DNA of 38,147 bases from Conidiobolus incongruus B7586 (GCA_000697335.1 JNEM01006479.1:1-38147), one strand, 5' to 3'. Counted from the first letter of the stretch, positions 1 to 12,838 are shown. Made by a program: numbers and translations. The notes: generated from the letters alone by a model not told the origin.

Positions 1-99
1 TGAATATTATTATTTTAAGACAAATAATCTATTTGAAAAAATTAAAAAATATAAAATATCTTATTTTTATGAGTCGTAAATAATAATTCTAAGGCCCTC

Positions 100-1250
100 T
101 AAATAAGATTTTTGATTTAAATTAAGTAATATATTATAATATTTATTTTTATTATTGATAATACTAATTATATAGATATTAATGCTTTATAAATAAACCA
201 AGATTCAATTTAATAACAAATTCAAATAGCCTTTTAATTATTATCATAAAAAATATAATTTATAGTAATATATGTAAAATTAAATCTCCAAATAAAAAAA
301 TATTGAATTTTTCTTTCAACTTGGGTAAAGGAAGTAAAAGCTAGCTTTATATTATTTAATTAATCTTAATTTATTATTTAATAAATTATTTTTTTTATAA
401 CTATATCAGATACTTTGTTTTTAGATATTTTTTTGAGTAAAAAGGCTATTTATAATGTTATTAATATTAATTTTAATATTAGTCAAATCTTATAAAGGCT
501 TATTTACTTAATCTAGATAAAATATTATTGATTTATAATAACAGAGTATTAATTATCAATATAAGGTTAATTGTCTAATTAAAATAATTTAACTTAATTA
601 TATCAATTAAAAACAGATTAAAATTTAATTAATAAATATATTAAATAATGATAATTATGACTCTTTGTTAATTAATATAAAATATTTAAATTATTTATAT
701 TAAAATTATATATATATAAACTATATCAAAACTGATAATTAGATAGTATTATAATTTACTTAATAAAATACTATAGTTAATATTTCTATATATATATCCG
801 TTAAATATTTTTCTTCTAAGATCTTTTAATAGCCTTGTTATTATAAAATTAACTAGTTATAAGGTCATTTTTTAAAGATTTATAAAACTTATAATATTTT
901 AAATTAGCAATTAATTAATTAATTCAATTATAATAATAAATAATATTTTGAAATATATATTCTATTGATTATCATCATACTAAATAGTTATTAAATAATA
1001 ATCAATTTATATTATAAATTAATAATGTTATTAAAAATAAACATGGAATAGAAATATTAATCAATAATATATAAATTACTTTATAAAAATATTTAATTTA
1101 AAATAAGGTATTTAAAAATTGAGAATTATTCGCAAATTAATTCAAATCTATTATTAAATATAATATTTAATTATAAAGTCAATAGAAAACTTATTCAAAG
1201 GAAATTTATTAAAAATTATTTTATTTCCATTTAATTTTCAAAAATTTAAA
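100..1250 (+). mobile_element. Possible heavily decayed Ty3/gypsy pol remnant (RNase H then integrase)
   Basis: Stop- and frameshift-ridden + strand fragments appear in the expected order and spacing. RNase H-like: FIIDNTNY..., LLS...FIVIYVK...FLS (~150-320). Integrase-like: GHFLKIYKTYNIL/LAIN (~860-915), KHGIEILINN (~1040), LRIIRKL..YY (~1120), VNRKLIQ (~1180). Resemblance judged by eye only. Confidence 0.3.
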
Positions 1251-1619
1251 ATTAACCAAAGAATACCTGGTTGATTATATAAATTCAAGGTTTTTATAAT
1301 ATTGTATAGTTTTTAATAATCATTAGAGATTTATATTTGATTAATTAGTTAATTATAACAGATTTTATATTATATAGATTTGAAAATACTTAAAAATAAA
1401 TCTGACTAATTTGAACATATATTAATATGTATATTATCTAAAAATACTTAAAGAATATATTGAATCAAATAAGTCGATTATAATAATTCTTTTGATTTAA
1501 TTGAGCTAGTTGAATCTTAATTTTTCTAACTATTAACAAAATAATTAAATTATATAAATTAAAAATCAATATTAGTTTATTTATAAATTTATTAAATTTT
1601 TTTAAAATGATTGATTTTT

Positions 1620-2220
1620 TTTGAATTAGTTTTCTTTAATAATGAATTTGAAAATATCCTTTATCACTAATATTTCATAATATATACTATAAATTATATT
1701 CATTATAAATATTAAATTAGATTTTAATTAAATTTTGGAACTATATAATATTAAAACTCTTTCAAAATATAAAGAATTTAATGTTACTAGTTAATAAATA
1801 TATTTAAGTTTAAAATATTATATATTTAAGATAAATTCAAAATTGATATTCAAAACACAAATATTAAAAAAAATAATAAAATCAAAATTTTCTTAAAAAT
1901 ACTATTAGTTATTCAAAATTATATATAGGTGAGTAATTTAATTATTAAATTTTAATTAATATAATTTGTTATATATGACATTTAAACTATTTAAATAGGT
2001 ATTGTGAATGTCATTAATTTATAAAAGTTAGATATAAATATATTAACTAGTAAACTCCAAATTTTTTAAAATAATAAAAAAACTATATTATATAAGTAAT
2101 ATTAAATAAAATTGTATTTATTTAATATATAGTTATTAAATATATAATGAATATATTTATCTTAAGAATAGTTTTTCACTTTTATCTAAAATCTTTTTCA
2201 TCATTAAAATAATTTTTAAA
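1620..2220. repeat. Degenerate long inverted repeat (foldback/MITE-like relic) centred near 1920
   Basis: Two perfect inverted anchors share nearly the same centre: TTACTAGTTAATA (1784-1796) with TATTAACTAGTAA (2041-2053), and TATATTCATTAT (1695-1706) with ATAATGAATATA (2144-2155). Weaker matches lie between and outside. Boundaries are approximate. Confidence 0.35.
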
Positions 2221-2558
2221 ATATTTCATTTGAATTATTATAATTTATAATTGAATATATAAAGTATAAAAAGATGGTATTTTTTATATAAAACTAAATA
2301 GCCCTTTATTTTTTTATAATGATATTTGATCCTCCTAAATAAATATCATTAGCTCTATCAAAATTTAAAATATAGACTAGATAACCATTTGATATATTTT
2401 TTAAATATAAATTTTATATGCACATCAATCGAAATTTAAAATATCGACTTCATAACCATTTAAGTCAAATTTCCGAATATGAATATTATTACCATATCAA
2501 GGTTTTTCTAAATATAAAATATATTACTATATAAATTAATTTTCCAAATATGTAATAA

Positions 2559-2562
<4 letters not shown>

Positions 2563-2590
<28 letters not shown>
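2563..2590. repeat. (AT)14 microsatellite
   Basis: Read directly from the sequence. Confidence 0.95.
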
Positions 2591-2596
<6 letters not shown>

Positions 2597-3582
2597 TGTA
2601 AATTTAAACTATCCTAATTTTAAGTTTTTGTGACTATTAAATATTGATATATAGTAATAAAATTTAAATATTTCAATAATATTTATTCAACTCAAATAAA
2701 GAAAAAATTGTTGTTAATAATCTAAAGGCTTTCAATAGTTCTAGATTATTTTTTATGTTTTAAAATATATTGTTTTATATAAAATTATGAATTTTATAAT
2801 ATAAAAATGTTTTTATTAGTATTTATCATATTCAATTTAATATATAATGAAAATATTTTTAAGTGAATTACTGCATATATTAATCTATTTTACCAAATCG
2901 ATAAGTTGATTTTGTATCATATTAACTTTGTGTATTTTTGTGTTTAATGATAAGAGTATAGAAAATTTTATGTGCAAATCCCGTTTATTTATTGTAATAC
3001 ATTTGTCAGTGAGACTAGGATAGATATTTTAGCTATTAGCTACTAGTACTAGTGGAAATGGGTTGATCTTTTATTTAATTCAACCAATTGCATTAAAAAT
3101 TTTTAAATACAATCCTCAACTATAAAGTTAATATATCATAAGAATCATATAATTGGAAATTTCATGATTGAGCTCAGTGAAAACAGCGGAAGTTGCTAAC
3201 AATTTTGATAAATAATTCAATAAATAAAGCCTAGAACATTAATGACATAATATTAATCATTATGATATCAAATATATCTTAACTAGGAAAAATTATTTTG
3301 AGTTCCAATGATTGTTTATTAATAATTGTTTATTTTCCAACTTCAATTTTTTTAGTAATGTTCTATTAGCTCTCCTGAATTGTAGAACATTGATAGATTT
3401 GTAAGTTTGTTTATATACATATTTCAAATCTGGTAGGGATAAATTGAAATCTTCAAATTTAGAAATTTAATAGGGTTACTTGTTTATTGAAGGATAAATT
3501 ACTCCATTCTATACATAAATCTTGATATTCAGATTATTAATATAATTTAAACATAGAGCTTGAATTGGTAACTCAATTCGAA

Positions 3583-3590
3583 TATATAAA
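3583..3590 (+). promoter_or_regulatory. Candidate TATA box for the small ORF
   Basis: TATATAAA starts ~60 nt upstream of ATG 3644, similar to the TATA-to-ATG spacing at esterase 1 (12832 to 12887). Confidence 0.45.
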
Positions 3591-3643
3591 CCCATTGATA
3601 ATCAAACTTTCAATTTCAATAAATTTTATTTTGAAATTTGAAT

Positions 3644-3847
3644 ATGAACGATTTTCTTCATTTTGTCTTTTTAAAGGACCATCCATTGGCTGGTTTGAAA
3701 TCTCCAAAGTCTAAAAAAGGATCCAGTAAGGGATATGCAGCTCTTGATAATGCCTCGACACCAAAGGTTTCTCAGAGTTCAGAAAGAAAAATCCCGAGTA
3801 AATCGCCTTATACTTCTAAACATTATGTTATGAGTCAAACTCGATAA
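3644..3847 (+). CDS. Small basic Ser/Lys-rich hypothetical protein, 67 aa (MNDFLHFVFLKDHPLAG...SQTR)
   Basis: The first in-frame ATG is at 3644 (the track uses TTG 3638). GC is visibly higher than in the flanks and the amino-acid composition is not AT-driven. There is an upstream TATA and an AATAAA at 3954-3959. Confidence 0.55.
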   Translation: MNDFLHFVFLKDHPLAGLKSPKSKKGSSKGYAALDNASTPKVSQSSERKIPSKSPYTSKHYVMSQTR

Positions 3848-4637
3848 TTTCCTGTCATCTGAAATTGTCATGAGATATAACAGATATAACAGAGTTGGTT
3901 AAACTTTGTATATTATCAGGTGTATATAATTAAAATTAGTTTATTCAAAGTATAATAAAAATAATATTTTTCCAATATATTTACTTTCCTTTTTTAACCA
4001 AGATTTTTAAATTCGTAAAAATTTTTAATATTGTTGAGTACATGATTTAGTTGTTATATTTTGGGCATTACAATTTAATCTAATATATTTTAAATATTTA
4101 ATAATAATGAATTGATAAGGAAGCTTAATTATATTCTATAAATATTATGTACTTGACAACTTTTCCTATTCAAAATATTTAAGTAAAAATTAAAGAATCA
4201 GTATATGGTTAAATATTGATTATAATACATCTATTAGAATTATGAAAATAATTTTTCAGATTTGTCTACAATGTGAAATTTATTTTCTTACACTGATTAA
4301 TTATAATTCATGATCCTTAATCAATTGATCATTTAATGATATTATTTTTGTTAAAATAATCAAATTCTAATATTTAATTGAAGATCGTTGATACTTTCGT
4401 GATTTTGTATTATTTTTCTTATCCCTTCTATATTGGTAAAACCTTATAAAAATTTTCATCAAACAGTTTGATCTTGGAATTTTTGATTTATAAATGTATA
4501 TAAATTAATACTAATTTAAATACAATCAAACTGATTTATTTTATAAGCTTTTTTCTCATAAAAATTGGCTTTTTTTAAAAAAAAATTTAATAAATCAATA
4601 AAAAATATTTGAAATAATTGATTGAATTTGAAAAAAT

Positions 4638-5606
4638 ATGATTAAAGAAGTATTATTAAAATTATAATAATATTGCTTACAATATTTATCACAAATAAAA
4701 ATATTCGAAATACGCTGATAATAATGTATCAAATGATGTCAGGTACAATTAAATATCTTGAAATATGTAATTAATATTTGAATATAGGTTTTCAATTATT
4801 ATATAGTTAACAGAACTTTTTAATATGCTATATTTGGTTATATCCTAGGTTTTAATTTAAATAGTTTTTATATTCAAATTTTTGAAATATAATTTAAATG
4901 ATAAATAGAAATATGCTAAATTAATTTTGAATACTCAACCAATATTAAATTGATCGAATTATCAAATTATTAAATGCTTGTATTTTATATTAAAAATAGA
5001 ACATATGCTCCTTTAAATTGACTTTTTAATTTAATAGTATAAAATACTACCATTGAAGTGATTGATTTTAAGGAATGTAAAATTAAATTTACTTATGAGG
5101 ATACAAGATACTTATATTGTAAATAATTTTTATATTAACTATTGAATTTTGATATCTTACTAAGAGGATATTCATATATATTTGAAAATCTTGAAATTCT
5201 TTGTATAATTTTTTTATAATAAATTATTTTAAGAGTTTCAATGTATCGAAAATTTATAATATTATATGAATTATCAAATTAATTATTTAAATTAAATATA
5301 GATATAGTATAAATATATATTTAGACAATGTTTCAAGATGTGGTTTTCAAGATTAGTGTAATATTAGTTAAAAAAATGCAAATTTTTTATTAAATTATTT
5401 TACCTAAAAATTCATAATTGAATTAAATTATATTTAAATATGATAATGATTATCAAATGTTTTCTATTTTAGCATAATTATAACTTAATCACAAACCCTT
5501 TAAAATGATTCAAGTTTGGCAAGTAATAAAAGAATATTTTATTGAAAACTACCTTTTTTGCTGGATTTCTTACTCTAAAACTGGAATAAATATTAAAATT
5601 TGTTAA
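4638..5606 (+). pseudogene. Possible decayed F-box/LRR-type gene
   Basis: From ATG 4638 the frame reads MIKEVLLKL**YCLQYLSQIKIFEIR***CIK*CQVQLNILKY, which resembles an F-box (..ILQYL...LFEIRLVCKxW). Stop-ridden Leu/Ile/Asn-rich frames follow. Weak evidence. Confidence 0.25.
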
Positions 5607-5774
5607 AATTTCAGTCATTAGTTTTTAATATTATTCTTTCTTTAATCAATAAAGAGGTTATATTTAAAATCATCTTTATTTTTTAATAAAAAATAACTAT
5701 ATTTTGAATATTAATTATATAAGAGTATTATATAAAATAAAGTTTAAACTTAGTATAATAAGTTAAAATATTAA

Positions 5775-6130
5775 ATAGGTATCTTATAACTTAATTTAAA
5801 CTTAAAGGAAAGAGTAAGTATAGCTAAAACCAACCTATAAAAATATAACTAATAGATAATACTTATATAAAAAAATGTTTTAATTTTTGAATTATGGATA
5901 TTTTTTATAATCCTTAATTAAAAGACAAATCAAAATATTAAGTTTAGTTAAAATTATAGCTATTATAAATTTTAATCAATAAATATTTTATTTAATAATA
6001 AATATTATAAATTACAATAAATAATAATGCTATATAATATTCTTACTCAATAATTAAAGAAAAATCATTCAATAATAGGTTATATTTTGTTATTTTAAAC
6101 AAACTACTTTTTATTGGTATTCTTAACATA
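5775..6130 (+). mobile_element. Possible LINE APE-endonuclease remnant
   Basis: IGIL*LNLNLKERVSIAKTNL*KYN**IILI*K resembles the APE start (ILQLNL...DIILIQE) if TAA is read as CAA and AAA as GAA. LLFIGILN near 6105-6128 resembles the GD(F/L)N motif. Confidence 0.3.
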
Positions 6131-6300
6131 ATTTGAAGTTATTTATTATATTATATTATATTATATTGATAAAATAATTTAAAAATAAAAAAACTTTTTA
6201 ATTAAAAGTAGTTAGGAAAAGATACTATATCCAGTGTATTCATTAAATTATATCTGATTATTATTGCTTTATGGAATTAAAAAATATATTTTCAAAAAAT

Positions 6301-6331
6301 TTTTGCAAATAAAGTAAATTTATTTGCAAAA
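6301..6331. repeat. Perfect 13-bp inverted repeat with 5-nt spacer
   Basis: TTTTGCAAATAAA-GTAAA-TTTATTTGCAAAA. Confidence 0.85.
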
Positions 6332-6621
6332 TATTAAATTCCAGTCCTAATATAAAAAACTATTTTTAAGTAATGAATATTTTCTAAAAATATGGCAAAA
6401 AACTATTAACAATTAATAAGAGTATAAACTTTATAATAAAAGTTTTACTTAAATTGAAATTCAAAAAACTCTCAATACTCAAAAATTGGAGTAAAAATAG
6501 ATGAGTTTGAAAATTTATATTTGACAGTATGTAAATATTAAGCAGAACTAATATCATATAGGAGTATAAATATTCTATAGTCATCAGTAAAAAATTAACT
6601 TGAATGATTGTAATATTTAAT

Positions 6622-7922
6622 ATAGATTGTCTAGATGACAGAAATTTGATGTTTCGAGAAATAATAAAATATCTGAAAAGTAACTTTGTCATTTTCTTTT
6701 GCAAAATTCTATAATTTGCTCGAGCTGAGATAAATTTACTCTTTGGCACTAGTGTTATTGGGATGTTCCCTAAGTCACTTGCTTTTTAACATTTAAGTCA
6801 TCAGAGATTAAAATTATAATTTAAATTATCAATAACTTTGAATTCAAGATAAAGAATTTAATCATATGGAACTAACCAGAATAGTATTTGTAAATTAAAA
6901 GTTTTTTAAATAAAAAGCAAATATATTTCACTCATGAAGGTTACTTCTTTATCAGAAGACCAGACAAATTTTTAAATATTTTGAATTCACTGGCATTGTG
7001 TAAAAATTATATTTGAGCAGTAATTGAATATCTAAAACTGCTGAGATTCCAATATTTTCATGTTTTAAGGATGCACTAGCAGAGTATTTATACATGGTGG
7101 AATCAACAAAAATGGGAGGAAAGGGATTCAAACTTTCAAATATCGTGATTGGTGGTAGTAGCGCTTGTGATATGGCCGCAATGGTATTACATTTCTTGTC
7201 AATCACAGCCTGCAGATGCTGTAGTTTAGTCGCCAAATTTCAATTTAGCAAGTTCTGGGTCTAGCGAATTGATTATGGGTAGCAGTTGCATCCTACCTGG
7301 TAGATCATCGAAGCCAATAATTAATAAGAACTTGAAAGTTGTGGCAAAATATTAAGTGTAGCCTTATTTAGGATCTGATTTGAAAGCACAAAAAAGAATG
7401 GTTTAGGAGGGTTCACTTCATTCTCTTAAATGCATTACATTTTTGTCAATGTTGAGTCCAATGCTGGATCCAGATCTCCAAAGGTTAGCAATAATGTTGA
7501 TAATCTCTGGAGAGATGGATACAATTTGAAATACTGGAATCGTATGCGCTAGACGATTGTTTGAACAAAATATTTAACAGAAATGTTATACTCAACCAAT
7601 TATTGTATATATTTATGAGGGCCAGTCCCGCTATATTGTAGTTATTCTCTTCAAAGTCCTTAGTTTAGAGCTTGCTGCCAATTTTATTAAAGTTATACAT
7701 TCTCCATCCCGGTCCATACCACCTTGGTATACTATTCAAGGTGCCTTGAGAGTTTCCAAATTTGGCCTAGTACTAGGATTCGCTAAGAATCATTTTCAAG
7801 AATACTTCCAAGCGGAAAATAAACTTACACAGTCTTTTGATTCTCCATATAAACGAAATACTGTACCAGTATAGAATTGGAGTAGTGATAATTTATTTAG
7901 AAATTCAACTTTACTCATATAA
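6622..7922 (+). pseudogene. Pseudogene of the HSL-family alpha/beta hydrolase (4th paralogue)
   Basis: Colinear with the intact copies: RAEINLLFGTSVIGMFPK, YFTHEGYFF (for HGGGFF), IFSCFKDALAEYLYMV..GGKG, IVIGGSSA (for GGDSAGG), MLSPMLDPDL, YTIQ...SKFG, NSTLLI-TAA. The start codon appears as ATA, with several stops and frameshifts. Absent from the ORF track. Confidence 0.92.
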
Positions 7923-9332
7923 TTTATTTAATATATTCTAAATATCTTATAAATGCAAATAATATTATTCAAAACTTTTTTCTTTAGTCTCTAAATAAAT
8001 TTTGCAAACTAATCAATATTGCTAAAACTTGTAACTGGAAAATATGGAATATTGTATTTAACAAAATTATTATATATATTATCTCAATCCAGGGTGATAC
8101 AATATAATATATTATCTATCGTATTGAAATATGGGATTTGTACATATTAACAATATGTGGAATATAGTTTGCATATTCAATGTATTTCAAATGATTAAAC
8201 TAGTTTATTAATTACGAAAATATATATTCAAAACTCAGTTCACTTATGCTAATTTTTATATGATATAGTATATACACTATAAATTTGGTTATGTAAATTG
8301 TCATTTTTAATAATGTGAAAATTAGAATATCTAATATATTCTTAAATATATCATGAATATATATTTATAAAACCACACCATTAATCATCGATTGATAAAT
8401 TATTAATTCAAGCCTGAATGTACTAGATTGAATACTATGTAAAAACGAATGGAACTTATCACTTAATTTTGAAAATATTTATATCTTTCATGAATATCTT
8501 GTTCTAATCAACAATTTAATCAGTATTTCAAAAATTCAAAAGTTCACATAGTGGGAAGTATAAATATGAATGTATCTTATTAAAATTTTTTAAATTACTG
8601 ATTGTATGATTGTCTGATTGTCGGTAATTTAAAAAGAATCTAAGATTCAATAGTTAAAATTAAATAATTTAAACTCTTGCAGTTTTAATAATTAAAAAAC
8701 ACTATGTATTTTGATTGAATAATGATATTGAATTCTACTGATATTTAGTTCTACATCAACAATATATGTAGGTTTTATTACATTTTGAAAGTTAATATAG
8801 AGAGATATGCTATATATTTGCGGTTTTCTGCCATTATAGAATTAGTAAACCGCCTGCTATTGTATGAATTTGATTAAACACGACTTAAAATGATTAGAAA
8901 GGCAATTGGGGACTATATGTATATTTATTAAACAGAACTTAAAGCAATGGAAATTTAACAGGGTAAGACAAGAATGGACAATTTGATGATTTATTTACTT
9001 AACTCTAGTGTATTTAATCCTGTTCAATATTCCCTCAATACTCAATATATTTAACCTCAAATATCATGATTTCATCAATATGAAATTATAAATATTAAAA
9101 TCTTAATACCATAATTGCTTCTTATGAAGTGAGCGAAGCTTAATTTTGAGGGAATCGTGAGAATGATAACAACTCATTTTATTTTGATTAATTCTAATAA
9201 ATTAAAATATTTATTGTATATAATTTCATTCAATGTAAATTTTTTGTAAATGTATTATATAAAATTTGATATTTCTGAATTATTCTTTGCATATTTTAAT
9301 ATAAAGAATTAACTATTTCGAGATGGAGTTTG

Positions 9333-9352
9333 ATATATATATATATATATAT
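9333..9352. repeat. (AT)10 microsatellite
   Basis: Read directly from the sequence. Confidence 0.95.
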
Positions 9353-11156
9353 CAATAACCATTTACTGAGTAATTTCAAATAATAATTTATATATGAATA
9401 TTTTTAATTATTTTATTAATGTAATTTAATTAGGATTATTGTTTAATATATAAAATATTTACTAGATGAAATTGGATTTTTGTTTTAAATTGGAAGCATC
9501 AAGTTATATTTTAAATTAAAATACTTAGTAATTTATATTAAGTGATTTGAGGTTAATGTGAATTCAAAACTACGTAATTAATATTTATAATATTGTTTAG
9601 GATACAGTGGTAAATATAATAGTTTTTGTGGAAATTTTATTACTATTACTATATAGTGCTTGACTGATTTTGGTAAATTTAAATAATTAAATATACAATC
9701 AGTTTAATAATGTAATTCGAATTATCTTAAATTTAAAAATAACGAATTTACAAATCTAGGAATTTTTACTATATCCCACATATTTTAGCATTATTAAGGA
9801 ATTAAAATAGTGATTTGAAAATATGAATATATAAATATATAATTTTGATAAAAGTGTATGTGGCAAAATTTTTTCAAATTCCTGATATCTTTCATATTAA
9901 CATTTAATTTATTGAATTAATTTGCATATATATTAGGTATTTCTTCAGTTGATAAACAGTTCAGTTAAATATGCACTGTTGGTTAATTGGATTATCAGAT
10001 TGAGTACATATTAATAGTTACCAAATTCTTAATATGTTATAAATCCAGTAATATAAAATATTGTGTCTATGATAACTTATTCAAATTCCAATAAATTTAA
10101 TAATAGTCAACGATTTAAATGATATTAGGGATACTCTCCTCAAAAGTGGTAAGTCTAATCATTGGATCAAGTCAGAATGATCAAAATAATATCATGGTGA
10201 TTCAAATTAATCAATATATTTCAAAATAGCTGAATTGAATTGTCAGATAAACTCATATAAGTCAACTATAATTATTAAGAATTTTAGATATTTTAAGGAG
10301 TAAAATATCAGCACAGCTGGCAAAGGTGTGGTAAAAATTGGATATACAAAAATAAATGTCTTTGTGTATAATAAATTGATTAAAAATATGATGTATTTGA
10401 AAAAGCTTAATCAACTCAATGGTATAATATATATTTAAGCAAACTATCATTTTATAACATATGATTTACACCTTTGAAATTAAATTAGATATTAAATAAT
10501 TATCAATCTTCCATTAAAAATGATCTAAAATTTATTTCTTCAAAAAAAATTAAATAAACTGTATTCTGGTATAACTTTATGATTGATTGTTTGTATAAAA
10601 ATGAACCAATATATCAAAAACACAGTTGGAATGATTTAGGCAAGGCATGAAAATTCCAATATTAAGCTCTGTCTATCAATGATTAAATGAGTTCTGATAT
10701 CAAATTAATATCAACCTTTGAATTTTTTAGATAGATTATAAGCGAAAAAATTCTTAAAAAACAAAGATTTTTCAATGTATGATTGTAGATTGTTTAATCA
10801 ATACATGTTTAGAATATAAAGAAAAGATATATCATATAGCATTTTGGAAAATTCAAAATTATAATTCTTAATTATTATTTGATTATATAAATTTGAACAA
10901 TTTGAAATAATATCATATAATGTTAATATCTAGTATCAAAATGTGTTCAATATTCATCATAAACTTAACAATAAGAAATTAAATTAACAACTAATAATTC
11001 TATTAATAGTATTTTGGTTAATTAAAAGCTGAAGAATTTATTCAAATTAAGTACATACCTTCAAAATAAGCCAAAAAATATTAATAAAAAAGTCAGTTAC
11101 CTAAATCTTAAAAAATCGAATCTGAATATAAATTGCTTTGATTCTTATTATTAAAC

Positions 11157-11523
11157 AAATGATTAGTTTGAATATACTATCTTGATTCAGGAGGCTCCTC
11201 TCCTACTAAATATGCTTACATCAACTGAATATCAGGGTCATTCTCTTCTCACATCATCGACCACTTCAGCTCTATCCTTTAATTGACTGATGATACAAGT
11301 CACTGGAGAACCCCATAAATCTCCTTATTCTATTCATTCTATATAAAACCCGAAATTGGAGCTATTATCAAGAGGACGAGCTCAATCTGGGTCCTCCCAG
11401 CTATCTGCCTTAAACCAATAAACTCCCTCTCTCTCTAACGGTTACCTGGAATTCGCCAGATCTCTCTCTTGTATTTAAATTAACCCGAACACGGCTTTCC
11501 AAACTTGTGTTAATACTATCACA
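11157..11523 (+). mobile_element. Candidate solo LTR
   Basis: GC-enriched island with TATATAAAA (11340-11348), AATAAA (11417-11422), CT-rich tracts and a ...TATCACA end. TAAAC follows the end and also occurs at 11152-11156, but no clean TG start abuts it. Confidence 0.45.
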
Positions 11524-12831
11524 TAAACTTTAATTCAACTATAATCATAAAATAACCATCGAATACAGATTTAGATAATGTAATATAACGATGTCACCAA
11601 TATTAGGTTAAAGATTTTATATTTTAATTTTAAACACTAAAAATTAATTAAATATAAATTCAATTAAATTATATGTTAAAAATAAATAATTAACAGTTTT
11701 GAATTAATAATAATAAAATTTAATATTTTATATTTCTCCTTATGATTCTTCAATAATGATACATAATAGATCAACTTCTAAAAATTTAACATAAACTAAC
11801 TATTTATTATATAAATATACTAGCTATTTAACTCCATTTATATTTTAAATTTTAAATTTAATTTTAAAGGATATACTAGGAATATATTAACACGAATAAT
11901 AGTTATTCAAAAGTTGTGGCAAGCATCTGGGATGAATTATAACAACAGACGATAATTTTATTCAATAGCTTTATAATAAAAATAATTAATTAGAATTAAC
12001 ATTAGATAGTTCATTTATTTGTAATAATTTAAACAGTTGATCAGTATTGATTTTGTGGTTTTGAAAAGCTCCTATCTTTGATTTATAAATATTATTTTTT
12101 TTAAATATTCTTCCGATTATAAGTGATAAAATTTTTTGTAAATTACCTGAATCAGTCGGAAATTTTTGAATAGTATTTAAATAATTTATTTTCTGTTATA
12201 AACAGTTTCTTAGTAGATAATGTTTTTTAATATATATAGCAGTTTTTTTAATATGTAAATAAAATTAAAATATGCCATTAACTCGAAAAGCATACTAAAC
12301 CAATTCTTCTTCAACCTTTACAATCATCAAATTGGTATTTTACAGACCTGAAAATGACTAATTTACATTATTTTTAATCTACCAGAATTGGAAATTTATA
12401 TTCTATGCAACTATCAATCATGCATTTGATTTATAATATTAAATCATATGAAAAAAATATTTTTATATGATAAAATTATATACTTATAAGTATTATAGAG
12501 AAACTTAATATAATAATCCATATAGATTTTTCTTCTCTTATTATACATTTAGCAAATTTGTTGATAATCAAGTTCCAAAATGATTAATTCAATTAATCTG
12601 TATTAATACCCAATGATTTGATTCGATTATAGAAGTAATTAGAACTCATTGACATTTATTATAGATCCCAATATAGACCAAATTTCCACGAATAGATAGT
12701 CAAATAATTTAAGACTTGGAAGGTTTAAAATCCATCAAATTGAAATAACATTAAATTGTTGACATAAAAACCAATTCGATAATTATGGATTTACACAAAT
12801 TGGTGGAAAATTGACGGAGTCAATAAAATGC

Positions 12832-12838
12832 TATAAAA
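12832..12838 (+). promoter_or_regulatory. Candidate TATA box of esterase 1
   Basis: TATAAAA starts 55 nt upstream of ATG 12887. Confidence 0.5.

Noticed and set aside
6384..7236. Minus-strand ORFs of 121 and 94 aa
   Set aside because: They are antisense shadows of the esterase pseudogene and its AT-rich flank, with non-ATG starts and no motifs.
11287..11312. CTGATGA as a hammerhead ribozyme core (also at ~30854)
   Set aside because: There is no stem II closing onto GAAA and no compatible stems I and III.
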